A stretch of DNA of 64,000 nt from assembly GCA_951406725.2 (NCBI GenBank), contig OX597836.1:9238001-9302000 (forward strand), written 5' to 3'. A program made the translations under genes and the position numbers. Shown piece by piece: positions 1 through 13,590 of the stretch. The DNA comes from Octopus vulgaris (lineage: Eukaryota). Positions within the stretch are counted from its first letter, which is position 1; each line of letters opens with the position of its first letter. The notes under the pieces were generated by a model. The model searched no databases. It worked only from the letters and a program-made list of their open reading frames with translations, and had not been told where the DNA came from.

Positions 1-1356
1 TGATTGGATCAACCAAAACTTCCATCGTCGTAATTGATGGAGAGCCAGAACCTTGACCCCCATGGCCATGCACAAAAATGGATCTCTGAAACGCCAAAAA
101 TGTGAATCCGGATGCTGAATTAACATTTCTTCTCCCCTCTTATTTCTTCATTGCCCACAAGGGGATAAACAAGGACAGACAAGGGGATTAAGTTGATTAC
201 ATTGATCCCAGTGCGTAACTGGTACTTAATTTATCGACCCTGAAAGGATGAAAGGCAAAGTCGACCTCGGCGGAATTTGAACTCAGAATGTAGCGACAGA
301 CAAAATTCCGCTAAGCATTTCGCCAGGTGTGCTAACGATTCTGCCAGCTCACTGCCTTTTCTCCCCTCTTAGTGAATCAACAGCCCCTTGCCTCATCAGC
401 TGATGTTGAACCATCAAACCCATGGGGGGGGAAATGGATGTTAAATTATGATGATGGTAATTTCTTTACTAAAAAAACTTTTCATTAAGGAATAGAAATT
501 ACTTTAAGAATTTGTCCAGTTCTTGATTTACACTCTGTAAAGTGGTTGGCTTTAGGAAAGGCATCCAGCTGTAGAAACCATACCAAAGCAGACCTCGCTG
601 GTGCTGGTACCGTGCACAGAGCACCCAGTCCACTCTGTAAAGTGGTTGGCTTTAGGAAGGGCATCCAGGTGTATAAACCATGCCAAAGTAAACAGTGGAG
701 CTTGACTCAGTCCTCCAGTTTACCCTTCTCCTGTCCAACTGTCCAACCCATGCCAGCATGGAAAACAGATATTAAATGATGATGGTGATATTGATTTTCG
801 GATGTTCAATATGCCCATAATAAATACACACACTGGTTCTATTTCCTTTTTTTATTTCAATTTGTCATTTTGTTAACAATTTAACCAATCAATTAATTGA
901 TTGTTTGATTGATCGCTTGGTTATGCAATGAATCAGCTGTGTTTGTCAGGGCCCTTTCATTGCCATTTGTGATCTCGTGTATAATATACCCTCTCTACTC
1001 CAGGTCTTTGAGATGAGGCCACAAATAGCTATGAAAGGAGTTTAACAAACTTAGCTGCTTTATTGACAGACAGAATAATCAGTCAAGCAAGCGATTGGTT
1101 AAATGATTAACCACTTGACTAATAAAAATAAAGAAGTGAAATAAAACCAGTGTGTGTGTGTTATTGGTATAATGACCCTCCCAAGATAGAACAAAATCAT
1201 GTTTTAACACAGATGTTTACTTCAAGAATCTTGTAACCAAATACATAAGAACAAAGATTTAAAAGCTATTCATTAATTATGTAAATACATCTTTCCCAGT
1301 TGGTGTTCAGTCAAGATATTTTAACATATGCAATGAACTTTGAATTTATCTGGCAG

Positions 1357-1552
1357 ATACGTGGCTATTTTGTCTGGTTTGGAAATTGGCAGCAAGGAAG
1401 AGAAACAGTTTGAAATGCAGATGGCATTGGATCTAATAACAGGGAAGTTGGGCAGTATATACCAACAGGAAGATAGTTCACAGATTGTACGTGTGATTGT
1501 GGCAGGTAATTCTCTCAGCAAGGACACTCAAGATAAGGATTCAATCAGCAAA
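1357..1552 (+). CDS. POLD2: DNA polymerase delta subunit 2 (p50), internal exon (first in window; upstream exons lie outside)
   Basis: ggcag| acceptor and |gtaagt donor. Encodes YVAILSGLEIG...MALDLITGKLG...RVIVAGNSLSKDTQDKDSISK, matching POLD2 (human FVLLVSGLGL...SRVILAGNLLSHSTQSRDSINK). Confidence 0.93.
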
Positions 1553-1568
1553 GTAAGTGTTAAATATA

Positions 1569-1962
1569 CTAGCAGTATCGCCCAGCGTTGCTCGGTTTTG
1601 TTTCGACCCTTTAGAATTGGAATTTTTGAAAAGTAAAAATTTTGCATTATGTAGCTTGTTATTCTCTTTAAGTGAACATTTTCCTGATTGAAATACACCG
1701 AAAAATGGCGACACAGCAGTCAAAAAAATATCGTAAAAAATGGGGATTTTCATAGAAAAAAAGCACCTTTTTGATGTAAATAATTTTTGGTGTTAACATG
1801 GTCCGATTTGAATTTTTTCTTCTATAGAATGAAGAGCAAGCCTTCTTCTATCATACTTTCAATTTTGGTCAACTTGCACCGCAGGGTCTCGGAGGAGATA
1901 GTGTTAGTTGAAGGCTACCAAACCTGCCATGTACAGACAACTTCAGCTTTATATATAGAGAG
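1569..1962 (-). mobile_element. Non-autonomous Helitron-like element, copy 1
   Basis: Minus strand starts TC..TATATAAAGCTG and ends with a GC hairpin then CTAG|T. It is the reverse complement of 52379-53013. Confidence 0.7.
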
Positions 1963-2362
1963 ATTTTACTTTCTGGTTAACAAAAATTAAACTTCAATGA
2001 GTTGGTGGGTATTACAAAAATGACAGGTTCTTTTTATTGTTTGACTGGTTTCAATCAAGGGATCCAAGCAGTGCTGGAACACCGTCTTTACAAATTTTAA
2101 TACCAGGACCATGTACAAGCGCCCATGCTGGTGCCATATAAAGGCGTCGCATAGCAGCAACAGTGCCAGTGTCACATAAAAGTGCCTGTGCAGTGCCACA
2201 TCATTTGATTGTGGCCATGCTGGAGCACCACCTTTAGTCAAACAAATCGACCCCAGGGCTTATTCTTTCGGTCTCTTTTGCTGAACCGCTAAGTTATGGG
2301 GACGTGCACGCATCAACACCAGTTGTCAAGTGATGGTGGGGGGACAAACACAGACACAAACG

Positions 2363-2394
<32 letters not shown>

Positions 2395-2716
2395 CGACGG
2401 GCTTCTTTCAGTTTCCATCTACCAAATCTACTCACAAGGCTTTGGTCAGCCCAAGGCTATAGTAGAAGACACTTGCCCAAAGTGCCACGCAGTGGGACTG
2501 AACCTGGAATGATATGGTTGGGAAACAAGGTTCTTACCACACAGCCACGCCTGCACTTATTTATAAACATGAATACTTTATAAAAACATTAACAAATTTT
2601 TAATTAACTATTGCAAAAATTATTAACAAATATAATTATACCTTGTTTTTTTTGCTTTTTTCTTAAACTAAGTTCTGCTGATAAATAATTCAAATTCCCT
2701 TAATTTCAATCTACAG

Positions 2717-2797
2717 GCCAAATACTTGACCCGAAACACTGCTGCTCGAAGTGTAGATGCCATGAAGTCTTTGGATGACGTCTTACTGCAATTAGTG
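2717..2797 (+). CDS. POLD2: DNA polymerase delta subunit 2, internal exon
   Basis: ctacag| and |gtttgt; 81 nt, in phase. AKYLTRNTAARSVDAMKSLDDVLLQLV (human [26 protein letters not shown]). Confidence 0.93.
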
Positions 2798-3224
2798 GTT
2801 TGTTAAAATATAATTAACACTTTTAATACTAATACTAACCTGCCTGGGACCATTCTTGGGTATATGAAACAAACTTCCCATTTTAAAAGTGGTTTGAATT
2901 AAAACCTTTCATCAGAACCTCGTTTTAATTTCTATTCCAAGCATCAGCTTAATTATGACGAAGCTGTTTTACTGAATTTTTCATTATTTTCAAAATTAGT
3001 TGAATCTAAATTAGAAAATTACTTTTTGTAAATCTCATAACGAGAGATATTCAGCAACAGTACTTCAGAGTAAAGATTGTTTGCCAACATAACATGGCAG
3101 TCCTGGTTTAGGACAAATGTTGCTGTAATTTAGCCCCAGCTGGCTATATGACACGATCTGTGTCCTTATATTTTTGAACAAGGGAATCTAGCACCCCCAC
3201 TCAGCTCAAAACAATATCTGAGTA

Positions 3225-3709
3225 CAGTGATCCCTCGCTACTTCGCGGTTCAACTATTGCGAATTTTAAAAACATATATATATGAACGCCTAAAATTTTT
3301 CATTAAATCCGTTAGAATATTAATAATAAATATTATTTCCTAGTCTAGGAACAACAAAACAAGCGTAAAATATCCAAAAAGCATATACAGGGATATTTGA
3401 ACTTAAGACGGGCTGTGATTGGTGCAATGGAGAGAGACGACGAATCACAGCTTTCTATTTTGTAATCTGTCCTGTGTAACAATAACAATCTTTATTTTAT
3501 TTTTTTAAACTTAAGTGTTATTGTTTAACAGTTGTCCTTGTTATTAATAGATTACTGTAATGGGTGGGTTGTTAACAGTACAGGGAGGGTTTTAAAAGTC
3601 CAAATACACGTTAAATAAATACTGTAAATATGGTGTCCATACTTCACAGAAATTCAGTTATCACGACCGGTCTCGGAACCAATCTACCACAATAAATGAA
3701 GGATGACTG
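3225..3709. mobile_element. Tc1/mariner-pogo (Tigger-like) MITE
   Basis: TA|CAGTGATCCCTCG...GAAGGATGACTG|TA: imperfect TIRs with a TA duplication. Confidence 0.7.
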
Positions 3710-3878
3710 TATCGTGATTTCCAGGTTATTTCCCTTCATCAGCACAAAATAGTTGAATCTAAGCCTGTATATTCTGAAAGAAAAACAGCTAACCTTTTTT
3801 TTGTTACCAGCCTTCCTGAACGCCAGCTTAATTATGACCAAGCTACTTTGCTGAATTCTTTAATATTTTCAACATTAA

Positions 3879-4095
3879 CCCTTTAGCATTCAAATTACTC
3901 CATCAAATTTATTGCTCATTTATTCACATCATTTTGAATTAATCATGCATTATCTTGTAGCTTCGAGATCTTAATGATGTGATCTATTTTTGGTATGACA
4001 TTGTAGGGGAGGTGTGAGAGGTCAGTTCTAGCCAGTTTGAAATCAAAACAGGTAAAATATTTGGGCTGGATATGGCTGGCTTGAATGCTAAAGGG
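3879..4095. mobile_element. piggyBac-like MITE
   Basis: TTAA|CCCTTTAGCATTCAA...TTGAATGCTAAAGGG|TTAA. Confidence 0.8.
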
Positions 4096-4964
4096 TTAAG
4101 TAGATGCAGGCATTGCTGTGTAGTTTAGAAGCTTGCTTTGGGGCCCACATGGTTTTGGGTTCAATCCCACTGCCTTCCACCTTGGGCCAGTGTCTTCTAT
4201 AGGACCATTCCAACTAAAGCCTTCTGAGTGGATTTAGTAGATGGAAACTAAAAGAATCCTGCCATGAATGTTTGTGTGAGTGTCTCCTTGTCTGGACATC
4301 ACACGATAATTGTATATGAGTGTTAGTGTCATACAAGCAATGCTCTTTGTTTCCAATCTTCCATTATTATCCTCATCATTTTCATGTAGCATCCATTTTC
4401 CATGCTGGAATGGGTTAGACTGTTTGACTGAAACTGATAAGTCAAAGAGTGGCACCAAGTTCCAGTCCGATTTGGTGTATTTTTTTACAGCTGGATGCCC
4501 TTCCTAACGCCAACCACTCCAAGAGTCTCAAGGCTGTTCTTTATGGGCCACAGGTACAGCTGCCAGTTACGGGACACCAGCATCAGCCATCATTACAATT
4601 CCACTTGGCTTGATGAGTCTTGTCGAGCACAGCAGATCACCAAAGGTCTCGGTCACTTGTCTTCGCCTCCATGAGGCCCGACATTCGAAGATCCTGCTTC
4701 ACCACTTCGTCCATGTCTTCCTGGGTCTACCTCTTCCACAGGTTGCCTCCACGGTTTGAGATCGGCACTTCTTTACACAGCTGTCCTCGTGAAACATCAA
4801 ACTTTTCAAACCAATATTTACAACCAAAGGAAGGTTAACATATACATCAAACCGACTTGGAAGATTAAGATTTCCATGTAGGCATAGGAATGGCTGTGTG
4901 GTAAGTAGCTTGCTTACGAACCTCATGGTTCCAGGTTCAGTCCCACTGTGTGGCACCTTGGGCT

Positions 4965-5008
<44 letters not shown>

Positions 5009-5944
5009 CGACCGGCGTCTTTCAGTTTCCATCTACCAAATCCACTCACAATGCTTTGGTCGGCCCAACATGATAGTAGAAGACACTTGCCAGAGGTGCC
5101 ACACAGTGGGACTGAACCCAAAATCATGTGGTTGGGAAGTAAGCTTCTTACCATACAGCCACGCCTATGTATGTGTAGGTGGATGTGCCTTTGTGTTTGT
5201 TTACCCACTGCTTGACAGCCAACGTTGGTTTGTTTATGTCCTGTAACACTGTGGTTCAGCAGAAGAGGTTGATAGAATAAGAACCAGACTGGAAAAATAA
5301 GTACTGGGTTCGATTTGATTGTCAAAATCCTTCGAGGTGGTGCTCCAGCATGACCACAGTGACTGAAACAAGTAGAAGATGAATGGCTATGGTCAGCTTC
5401 TTAATCTCCATTGAAGTGGCCGAGATCAACGCCCTGGTTATCTCCCCTTGGCTTTGTGAATCCCCTTATATTATTAGGGATATACGAGTGCCTTTCCTTT
5501 GCTGTTGTGTCGCCTGAGGTTAGCCCAGGTTCAACTTACTACAATCGCAGTCATTCCAACCATGGCCATTCCATTGTTTTTATGGGTATGTAAGACCTGG
5601 TTCAAATGCTTCTTCCAAGTGAGTGGTGATGTTAATCCAGGCATTTGGTTAAGTTTACCACTCAAACATGGGGGGGGGGGCAATGTGGTTGAGTATTCCC
5701 CTTCCTTCTAAAATTTGAAACAGTGGCACACCAGGCAGAATGCTTAGCAGCATTTCATTTGTCTTTACATTCTGGGGTCAACTTTGCCTTTCATCCCTTT
5801 TGAGGTCAATAAAATAAGTACCAGTTACGCACTGGGGTTGATGTAATCGACTATCTCTCTTTGCCAAAATTTCAGGCCTTATGCCTATAGTAGAAACGAT
5901 TATTGTTGTTGTTGTTGTTGTCGTCATCATCTTTGCACAGCTTC

Positions 5945-6225
5945 TAACACTGGAGATGTACTAGGGTGTCAGCTGTTCACTACCAGTGAACTAAGGTAAC
6001 ACCCCTTATTTTTCGAGCACCGTCTGGAGTATTTGAGCGGTTCCAAGCAGTGCTGTTTTCTGCAAGTGTTCCACCCTTATTGCAACCCCTATTTGTTCCA
6101 TGTACTTCTCAAGATTTTTATTCACTGTTCCCAGGGCTCTGACAATTATCAGTACTACTACCACCTTTTTCAGCAACCACCACTGCTTCATCTCCCAAGC
6201 TAACCTGTCATATCTATCGAATTTT
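5945..6225 (-). mobile_element. 3' fragment of a restriction-like-endonuclease LINE (NeSL/R4-like)
   Basis: YDRLAWEMKQWW...IIVRALGTVNKNLEKY...LQKTALLGTAQILQTVL resembles the typical C-terminus of RLE non-LTR elements. Confidence 0.6.
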
Positions 6226-6415
6226 GTTGCTGTTGTTTTGTTTTTTTTCAATAGTTCCTTTTTGGATCTTTTTCTATCAGAATAAGTATGAAAACTTTGC
6301 AAATTAGAGATGTAATTAATTCATTTAAGATCCAATTTATTTTTGGTAAACACCAAATTACTTAAGATTTTCTTATTGCAGTGTAAAATTATTGTTTTAT
6401 TTGGATTATTTCCAG

Positions 6416-6573
6416 ACAAATGTTGATGTTGACCTGATGCCAGGTCAATATGACCCTGCCAACTACTCCATTCCACAGCAGCCACTCCATTATTGTATGT
6501 TTCCAAAGAGCCATTCTTACAACACACTACATTTGGTAACCAATCCTTATGACTGTACTATCGAAGGGACCCG
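6416..6573 (+). CDS. POLD2: DNA polymerase delta subunit 2, internal exon
   Basis: ttccag| and |gtgagt. [30 protein letters not shown]...[13 protein letters not shown] carries the MPG.xDP..LPQQPLH and TNPY motifs. Confidence 0.95.
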
Positions 6574-6593
6574 GTGAGTCCAGAATGACTTAA

Positions 6594-6813
6594 CCCTTTA
6601 GCATTCAGATTACCCTGTCAAATGTAATGCTTATTTCTTCACATTGTTTTGAATCAATCATGCATTATCTCATAGTTTTGAGGTTTCAATGAGGTGATTG
6701 TTTATTTTTAGAATGTCATTGTAGGTTAGGTGTGAGAGGCTAGATATGGCCAGTTTGAATATAAAACATGTAGAATATCTGGGCCAGATATGGCCGGTTT
6801 AAACACTAAAGTG
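6594..6813. mobile_element. piggyBac-like MITE (same family)
   Basis: TTAA|CCCTTTAGCATT...ACACTAAAGTG|TTAA, 20 nt downstream of a POLD2 donor. Confidence 0.75.
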
Positions 6814-7068
6814 TTAATATCCCTATCCTCATGGCTGAGGGTCTGGAGGACCTCAGACACAACCATTGATGGGCCCTGAGTTCTCTTCTGACTTGATTCC
6901 CTTATTCTGTGATTCTTCCTAGGCATGTCCAGACAGCGAGAGTTTACATTCAGAATTGTCCTATGAACCTAGCTGCCTTCTAAAAGCTCCTAGATTAGGA
7001 GTTCATCTATTCAGTTATACCAAAAGTGTAGCTCTGGTGTAAACCATTCATTTTATTATATATATTTT

Positions 7069-7147
<79 letters not shown>

Positions 7148-7441
7148 TATCTAGTTTCAGCTCACGAGCTGTGGCTATGCTGGGGCACCATATATATATA
7201 TATTTGTGTCTGTGTTTGTCCCCATCACTGCTTGACAACCAGTGTTGGTGTGTTTATGTCCCCATAACTTAGCAGTTCAGCAAAAGAGATCACCAGAATT
7301 GGTACTGGGATCGATTCTTTTGACTGAAATCTTTCGAGGCAGTGCTCCGGCATGGCTGCAATCCAGTGTCTGAAACAAGTAAAAGATGGAAGATAATGTT
7401 ATATAAAATTAACTTAATGCAACACATTGATCTCATTTCAG

Positions 7442-7569
7442 ATTTTTGCTGACCAGTGGTCAGACATTGGATAACATAGCTCAATATAGCCAGCTGGACG
7501 ATGGTATGGAAATCCTTGAGAAGACCCTAAGATGGGGTCACCTTGCACCTACAGCACCAGATACATTAG
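7442..7569 (+). CDS. POLD2: DNA polymerase delta subunit 2, internal exon
   Basis: tttcag| and |gtaggt; phase consistent (CG|A = R). [42 protein letters not shown]. Confidence 0.95.
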
Positions 7570-9436
7570 GTAGGTAACCTTAGCACCTTGTACTTTTCTT
7601 AAATAACATAACCCACACATACATCATCATCATCGTTTAATGTCTGCTTTCCATGCTGGTATGGGTTGGACAGTTTGACAGAAGACTGTACCAGGTTCCA
7701 CTCTGATCTGATAAAGTTTCTACAGCTGGATGCCCTTCCTAACGCCAACCACTCTGAGAGTGTAGTGGGTGCATTTTATGTGCCACCAGCATGAGGGCCA
7801 GTCAGGCAATACTGGTATTGACCACATTCGAATGGTGCTTTTTACGTGCCACTGGCACAGGTGCCAGTCAGGCAGTGCTAGTGACTTCACTTGCCTCAAC
7901 AGGTCTTCGCAAGCACAGTTTATTGCCAGTTCTTGTCAGACTGTTCCATTCATGCCAGAATGGAAAGTGGGAAAGTGAATGTTAAATGATGATTTTCCGT
8001 GCTTGCTTGGATCAGGTGGAATTCATCAAAACAGATTTTCTGTGACCAGATGCCCTTACTGTAGTCAGCCCTCACCTGTTTCCAAGAAAGCTAGTGTTCC
8101 CTCATGGCCAGACATGTTCTCATGAAACACTGGAATCAAAGAACAGCACTTGTAGGAGAGTGATGGGTTTTTTTTTTATCCTTTATCTTATCTCTGTCAT
8201 TTGACAGGAGAGTCTGCTATATAAATATCTCTTAGCGGTTCGGCAAAAGAGACCGATAGAATAAGTACTGGGCCTTACAAAGAATAAGTCCCGGGGTCGA
8301 TTTGCTCGACTAAAGGCAGTGCTCCAGCATGGCCACAGTCAAATGACTGAAACAAGTAAAAGAATAAAAGAATATACATATATATGTGTGTGTGTGTATA
8401 TATATACATACATACATTCGTGCACACAACAGGATTCTTTCAGTTTCCATCTGACAAACACACTCGCAAGGCTTTGGTCAGCCTGAGGCTATAGTAGAAG
8501 ACACTTACCCAAGGTGCCACACAGTGGGACTGAACCCTGAACCATGTAGTTGGAAAGCAAACATTATATCACACAACCACAACTACTGCATGTCAAGACG
8601 AGAGCTAATTACACACAAATACGATGGGCTTCCAACTGTTGTGTGTATAATTTATGTCAACCTCACCAGTAATATCAATCTATAAGCCTCTGTGTGGTCA
8701 CTTGAGATGCTAGAAATAGCAGCCAAGTCTTCAAATTACACTCTGCTGTCTTAAAGATAGATGTGTGTAATCCTTGATCATGATACATGACACCTTGATG
8801 GTATTCTGGATAATGAAGGCCTCAACAGAACAGCTTCACCAACAGCACTGGTGCTTTTTATATGACACCAACAGCAGCAGGGTCACTGAGTAATTTGCTG
8901 GCCAAGAAGTCTTCATCTTAAGAGTTACTTGGCAACTCTGCTGGTGTTGGTGCTGTGTAAAAAAATACCCCAGTGCACTCTGTCAACTGGTTGGTGTTAA
9001 GAAGTGCATCCACCTGGTGAGCTGGCAGAAACGTTAGCATGCCAGGCTAAATGCTAAGCAGTATTTCATCTGCCCTTACGTTCTGAGTTCAAATTCCACT
9101 GAGGTCGACTTTGCCTTTCATCTTTTCGGGGTCGATAAATTAAGTACCAGTTACACACTGGGGTCGATGTAGTCGCTTAAACCCTTTGTTTGTCCTTGTT
9201 TGTCCCCTCTATGTTTAGCCCCTTGTGGGCAATAAAGAAATAAGAAGTGCATCCTTCTGGTGCAGCTCTCTGGCTTGCCAGCTCCCTTCAAACTGTCCAA
9301 CTCATGCCAGCTTGGAAAACAGATATTAAATGGTGATGGTGATGATGATACCACTGCTTTGTAGTGTAAAGCAGCCCTGTTTTCACCACACAGCCTTAGA
9401 TGTTTTCACTTAGGCTTTTTGTTTCCTTTCTTTCAG

Positions 9437-9538
9437 CCTGTTACCCTTTCAGTATTCAAGACCCGTTCATTGTCTCAGAAACTCCCCATGTTTATATTGC
9501 TGCCAACCAGAAAGAATTCCAGACCAAACTCATTCAAG
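9437..9538 (+). CDS. POLD2: DNA polymerase delta subunit 2, penultimate exon
   Basis: tttcag| and |gtatgc. CYPFSIQDPFIVSETPHVYIAANQKEFQTKLIQ (human [20 protein letters not shown]). Confidence 0.94.
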
Positions 9539-9786
9539 GTATGCATATGTCTTATGTGACTTACGTCCTTCACAGGGAACACAATGTTCATGTCTTCCTG
9601 CATTCTCATTGCTTCCAGTTTGAATAATTTCAGCTGCGTCTGATTGGCACGTGAAAAAACATTCGAGCGAGGTCGTTGCCAGCGCCACTGGACTGGCTCC
9701 TGTGCAGGTGGCACATAAAAGACACCATTTGAGCGTGGCCATTGCCAGTACTGCCTGACTGGCCCTCGTGCCGGTGGTACGTAAAA

Positions 9787-10020
9787 GGCGACGAGCTGGC
9801 AGAAACGTTAGCACGCCGGACAAAATGCTTAGCAGTATTTCGTCTGCCGCTACGTTCTGAGTTCAAATTCCGCCAAGGTCGACTTTGCCTTTCATCCCTT
9901 TTGGGGTCGATTAAATAAGTACCAGTTACGCACTGGGGTTGATATAATCGACTTAATCCATTTGTCTGTCCTTGTTTGTCCTCTCTGTGTTTAGCCCCTT
10001 GTGGGTAGTAAAGAAATAGG
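9787..10020 (+). mobile_element. SINE family B with a Nin/Deu-like core (representative; also 141-358-, 44805-45035+, 49966-50155+, 63273-63760+)
   Basis: GAGCTGGCAGAAACGTTAG...GAGTTCAAATTCC (B box) and core GCCTTTCATCC..GGGGTCGATAAA..AGTACCAG, repeated many times in the window. Confidence 0.8.
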
Positions 10021-10769
10021 CACGTAAAAGCACCCACTACACTCTCGGTGTGGTTGGCATTAGGAAGGGCATCCAGCTGTAGAAACTCTGCCAGATCAAG
10101 ATTGGAGCCTGGTGCAGCCATCTGGTTTGCCAGCCCTCAGTCAAATCATCCAACCCATGCTAGCATGGAAAGCGGACGTTAAACGATGAGGATGATGATG
10201 TATGTCATGACAATGATGATGAGTGATGAAACTGCCAACATCTCTCTTTCATGAAATTTTCTTATTGTGACATGAAAAATCCCCCCACGACCACCACCAC
10301 TTTACAAGTTTCAGATGTACTTATGAAAGGCCAAATGAGAGGATTGACAAGGTCTGTTTTATACACGTAACTCCAAAGACTCGGTCTTGGTTTCTATGAC
10401 ACTATTGGTGATGATACCAATGATAGCAACATAATAATTTTTTCTACTATAGGCGTATGAGTGGCTGTGTGGTAAGTAGGTTGCTTACCAACCACATGGT
10501 TCCGAGTTCAGTCCCACTGCGTGGCACCTTGGGCAAGTGTCTTCTACTATAGCCTCAGGCCGACCAAAGCCTTGTGAGTGGATTTGGTAGACGGAAACTG
10601 AAAGAAGCCCATCGTATATATGTGTGTGTGTGTGTGTATATATATATATCATCATCATCATCGTTTAACGGCCGCTTTCCATGCTAGCATGGGTTGGACA
10701 GTTCCAGACCTCAGTTGAACCGTCCAACCCATGCTAGCATGGAAAGCGGAGGTTAAACGATGATGATGA

Positions 10770-10814
<45 letters not shown>

Positions 10815-11529
10815 CCTCTCTCTTTCGGAGAGGCACAAGCACCTACACACACAGCAGTAACTTCCGCCTACCAGATTCAATCACAAAGCTTCGGTTGGCC
10901 CGGGGCTATAGCAGAAGACACTCGCCCAAAGTGCCACGTGGTGGGACTGAACCCGAAACCATGTAGCTAGGCAGCAAGCTCCCTAACCACACAGCCATGC
11001 CACGTGTGTGTATATGTTTGTGTGTCTGTGTTTGTCCCCCCACCATTGCTTGACAACCGATGCTGGTGTGTTTACATCCCCTTAACTTAGCGGTTCGGCA
11101 AAAGAGACTGATAGAATAAGTACTAGGCTTACAAAGAACAAGTCCCGGGGTCGATTTGCTCGACTGAAACAAGTAAGTAAAGAGACATTGATATATAAAA
11201 CTGCTTTCCACAGTTCAGGGGGAATTGAATCTTGAGTGAATCTATCCGATTTCCCCCCCCAATGAAAGGGTTAAACAACACAGTTTTAATTCTGGAACAT
11301 TCTGTTTCACTTGTTCTTCTTTTCTCAAAAAATATGTTAATTACTCAACACCTTTTCTTGTTTTTTTTTTTTTACCTTCGTTAAATAACATCGTTTTCTT
11401 GTTACAACCTGATTCTTGTCTTTGATTAACCCAGACTGGTGGCAGGATTGGTGTTGGTGGCCGAGGGTGGCTGTTGGGGTGGGACACTAATTGGTATGCA
11501 TTGGTCAGTGGAGTCACAGTAATTACAGA

Positions 11530-12960
11530 GGGAAAAGGACAGTAATTGCAGTGGAGGTGGTGGTGGTTTTGGTAACAGTAGTGTTAGTAGTGATGGTGGT
11601 GGTGGTGGTAGTAGTAGTAGTAATGAAGGTGGTGGTGGTGGTGGTTTCGGTAACAGTAGTGTTAGTAGTGATGGTAGTTGTAGTAGTAGCAGCAGCAGCA
11701 ATGAAGGTGGTGGTGATGGTTGTTTTGGTAATGGTGTTAGTAGTAGTGGTTGTGGTGGTGGTGATAGATGTTGTGGTAGTATAAACAGCGGTTGTTTTGG
11801 TAGTAAAGTAGTATTGGTTATGGTAGTAGCTGTGGTGGTAGTGGTGTGTTTTGCTAACAGTGTTAGTAGTGATGGCGGTGGTAGTAGTAGTAGTAGTAGC
11901 AGCAGCAGCAATGTAGGTGGTGGTGATGGTTGTTTTGGTAATGGTGTTAGTAGTAGTGGTTGTGGTGGTGGTGATAGATGTTGTGGTAGTATAAACCGGT
12001 TGTTTTGGTAGTAAAGTAGTATTGGTTATAGTAGCTGTGGTGGTAGTGGTGTGTTTTGCTAACAGTGTTAGTAGTGATGGCGGTGGTAGTAGTAGTAGTA
12101 GTAGCAGCAGCAGCAATGTAGGTGGTGGTGATGGTTGTTTTGGTAATGGTGTTAGTAGTAGTGGTTGTGGTGGTGGTGATAGATGTTGTGGTAGTATAAA
12201 CAGCGGTTGTTTTGGTAGTAAAGTAGTATTGGTTATAGTAGCTGTGGTGGTAGTGGTGTGTTTTGCTAACAGTGTTAGTAGTGATGGCGGTGGTAGTAGT
12301 AGTAGTAGTAGCAGCAGCAGCAATGTAGGTGGTGGTGATGGTTGTTTTGGTAATGGTGTTAGTAGTAGTGGTTGTGGTGGTGGTGATAGATGTTGTGGTA
12401 GTATAAACAGCGGTTGTTTTGGTAGTAAAGTAGTATTGGTTATAGTAGCTGTGGTGGTAGTGGTGTGTTTTGTAACAGTGTTAGTAGTGATGTAGTAGTA
12501 GTAGTAGTAGCAGCAGCAGCAATGTAGGTGGTGGTGATGGTTGTTTGGTAATGGTGTTAGTAGTAGTGGTTGTGGTGGTGGTGATAGATGTTGTGGTAGT
12601 ATAAACAGCGGTTGTTTTGGTAGTAAAGTAGTATTGGTTATAGTAGCTGTGGTGGTAGTGGTGTGTTTTGCTAACAGTGTTAGTAGTGATGGCGGTGGTA
12701 GTAGTAGTAGTAGTAGCAGCAGCAGCAATGTAGGTGGTGGTGATGGTTGTTTTGGTAATGGTGTTAGTAGTAGTGGTTGTGGTGGTGGTGATAGATGTTG
12801 TGGTAGTATTAATAGCGGTTGTTTTGGTAGTAAAGTAGTTGTGGTGGTAGTGGTGTGTTTTGGTGATAGTGGTTGCAGTGACTGATGTCCTAGTAGCAGT
12901 AGTAGTTGTGTTAGTAGTGGCGGTATTGGTTGTGGTGGTGGTGGTGGTGTTAGTGGTTGT
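11530..12960. repeat. Minisatellite of about 210-bp period built from GTA/GTG/GCA triplets (about 6 units)
   Basis: Marker ATAAACAGCGGTTGTTTTGG recurs at about 11781, 11991, 12196, 12406, 12601 and 12810. Confidence 0.9.
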
Positions 12961-13019
12961 GCTAATGATTTGAGCATTGAAAGAAAACTTGTCTATTTTC
13001 CAAGATATTTAAAGCTTGT

Positions 13020-13115
13020 TTTATATGTGTGTGTATGTATGTTTGTGTATAAGTGTTTATGTATATATGTGTATATACATGTATATGTGTATGTATATAT
13101 ATGTACATGTGTGTG

Positions 13116-13158
<43 letters not shown>

Positions 13159-13590
13159 GTGTGTGTGTGTGTGCATGTATGTTTGTGTGTGTATATACAT
13201 GTATATATTTATGTATATATGTACATGTGTGTGTGTATATATATCTATATGTGTGTGTGCATGTATGTTTGTGTGTGTATATACATGTATATGTTTATGT
13301 ATATATGTACATGTGTATATATATATGTGTGTATGTATATGTTTATGTATATATGTACGTGTGTGTGTGTGCATGTATATGTTTGTGTGTATATGTGTGT
13401 ATGTTTGTGTATGTATGTATATATATATATATATATGTGTGTGTGCATTTATATGTTTGTGTATATGTGTGTTTGTTTGTGTGTGTATATACATGTATAT
13501 GTTTATGTATATATGTACATTTGTGTGTGTATATATGTGTGTGTATGTATATGTTTGTGTGTATATATGTGTATGTTTGTGTGTGTTGCG
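13020..13590. repeat. Compound (TG)n/(TA)n microsatellite
   Basis: Seen directly. Confidence 0.95.

Noticed and set aside
11523-12977. 484-aa Pro/Thr/Leu-rich mucin-like ORF
   Set aside because: Translation of the 210-bp triplet minisatellite in a POLD2 intron; the frame shifts between units and there is no splice or domain support.
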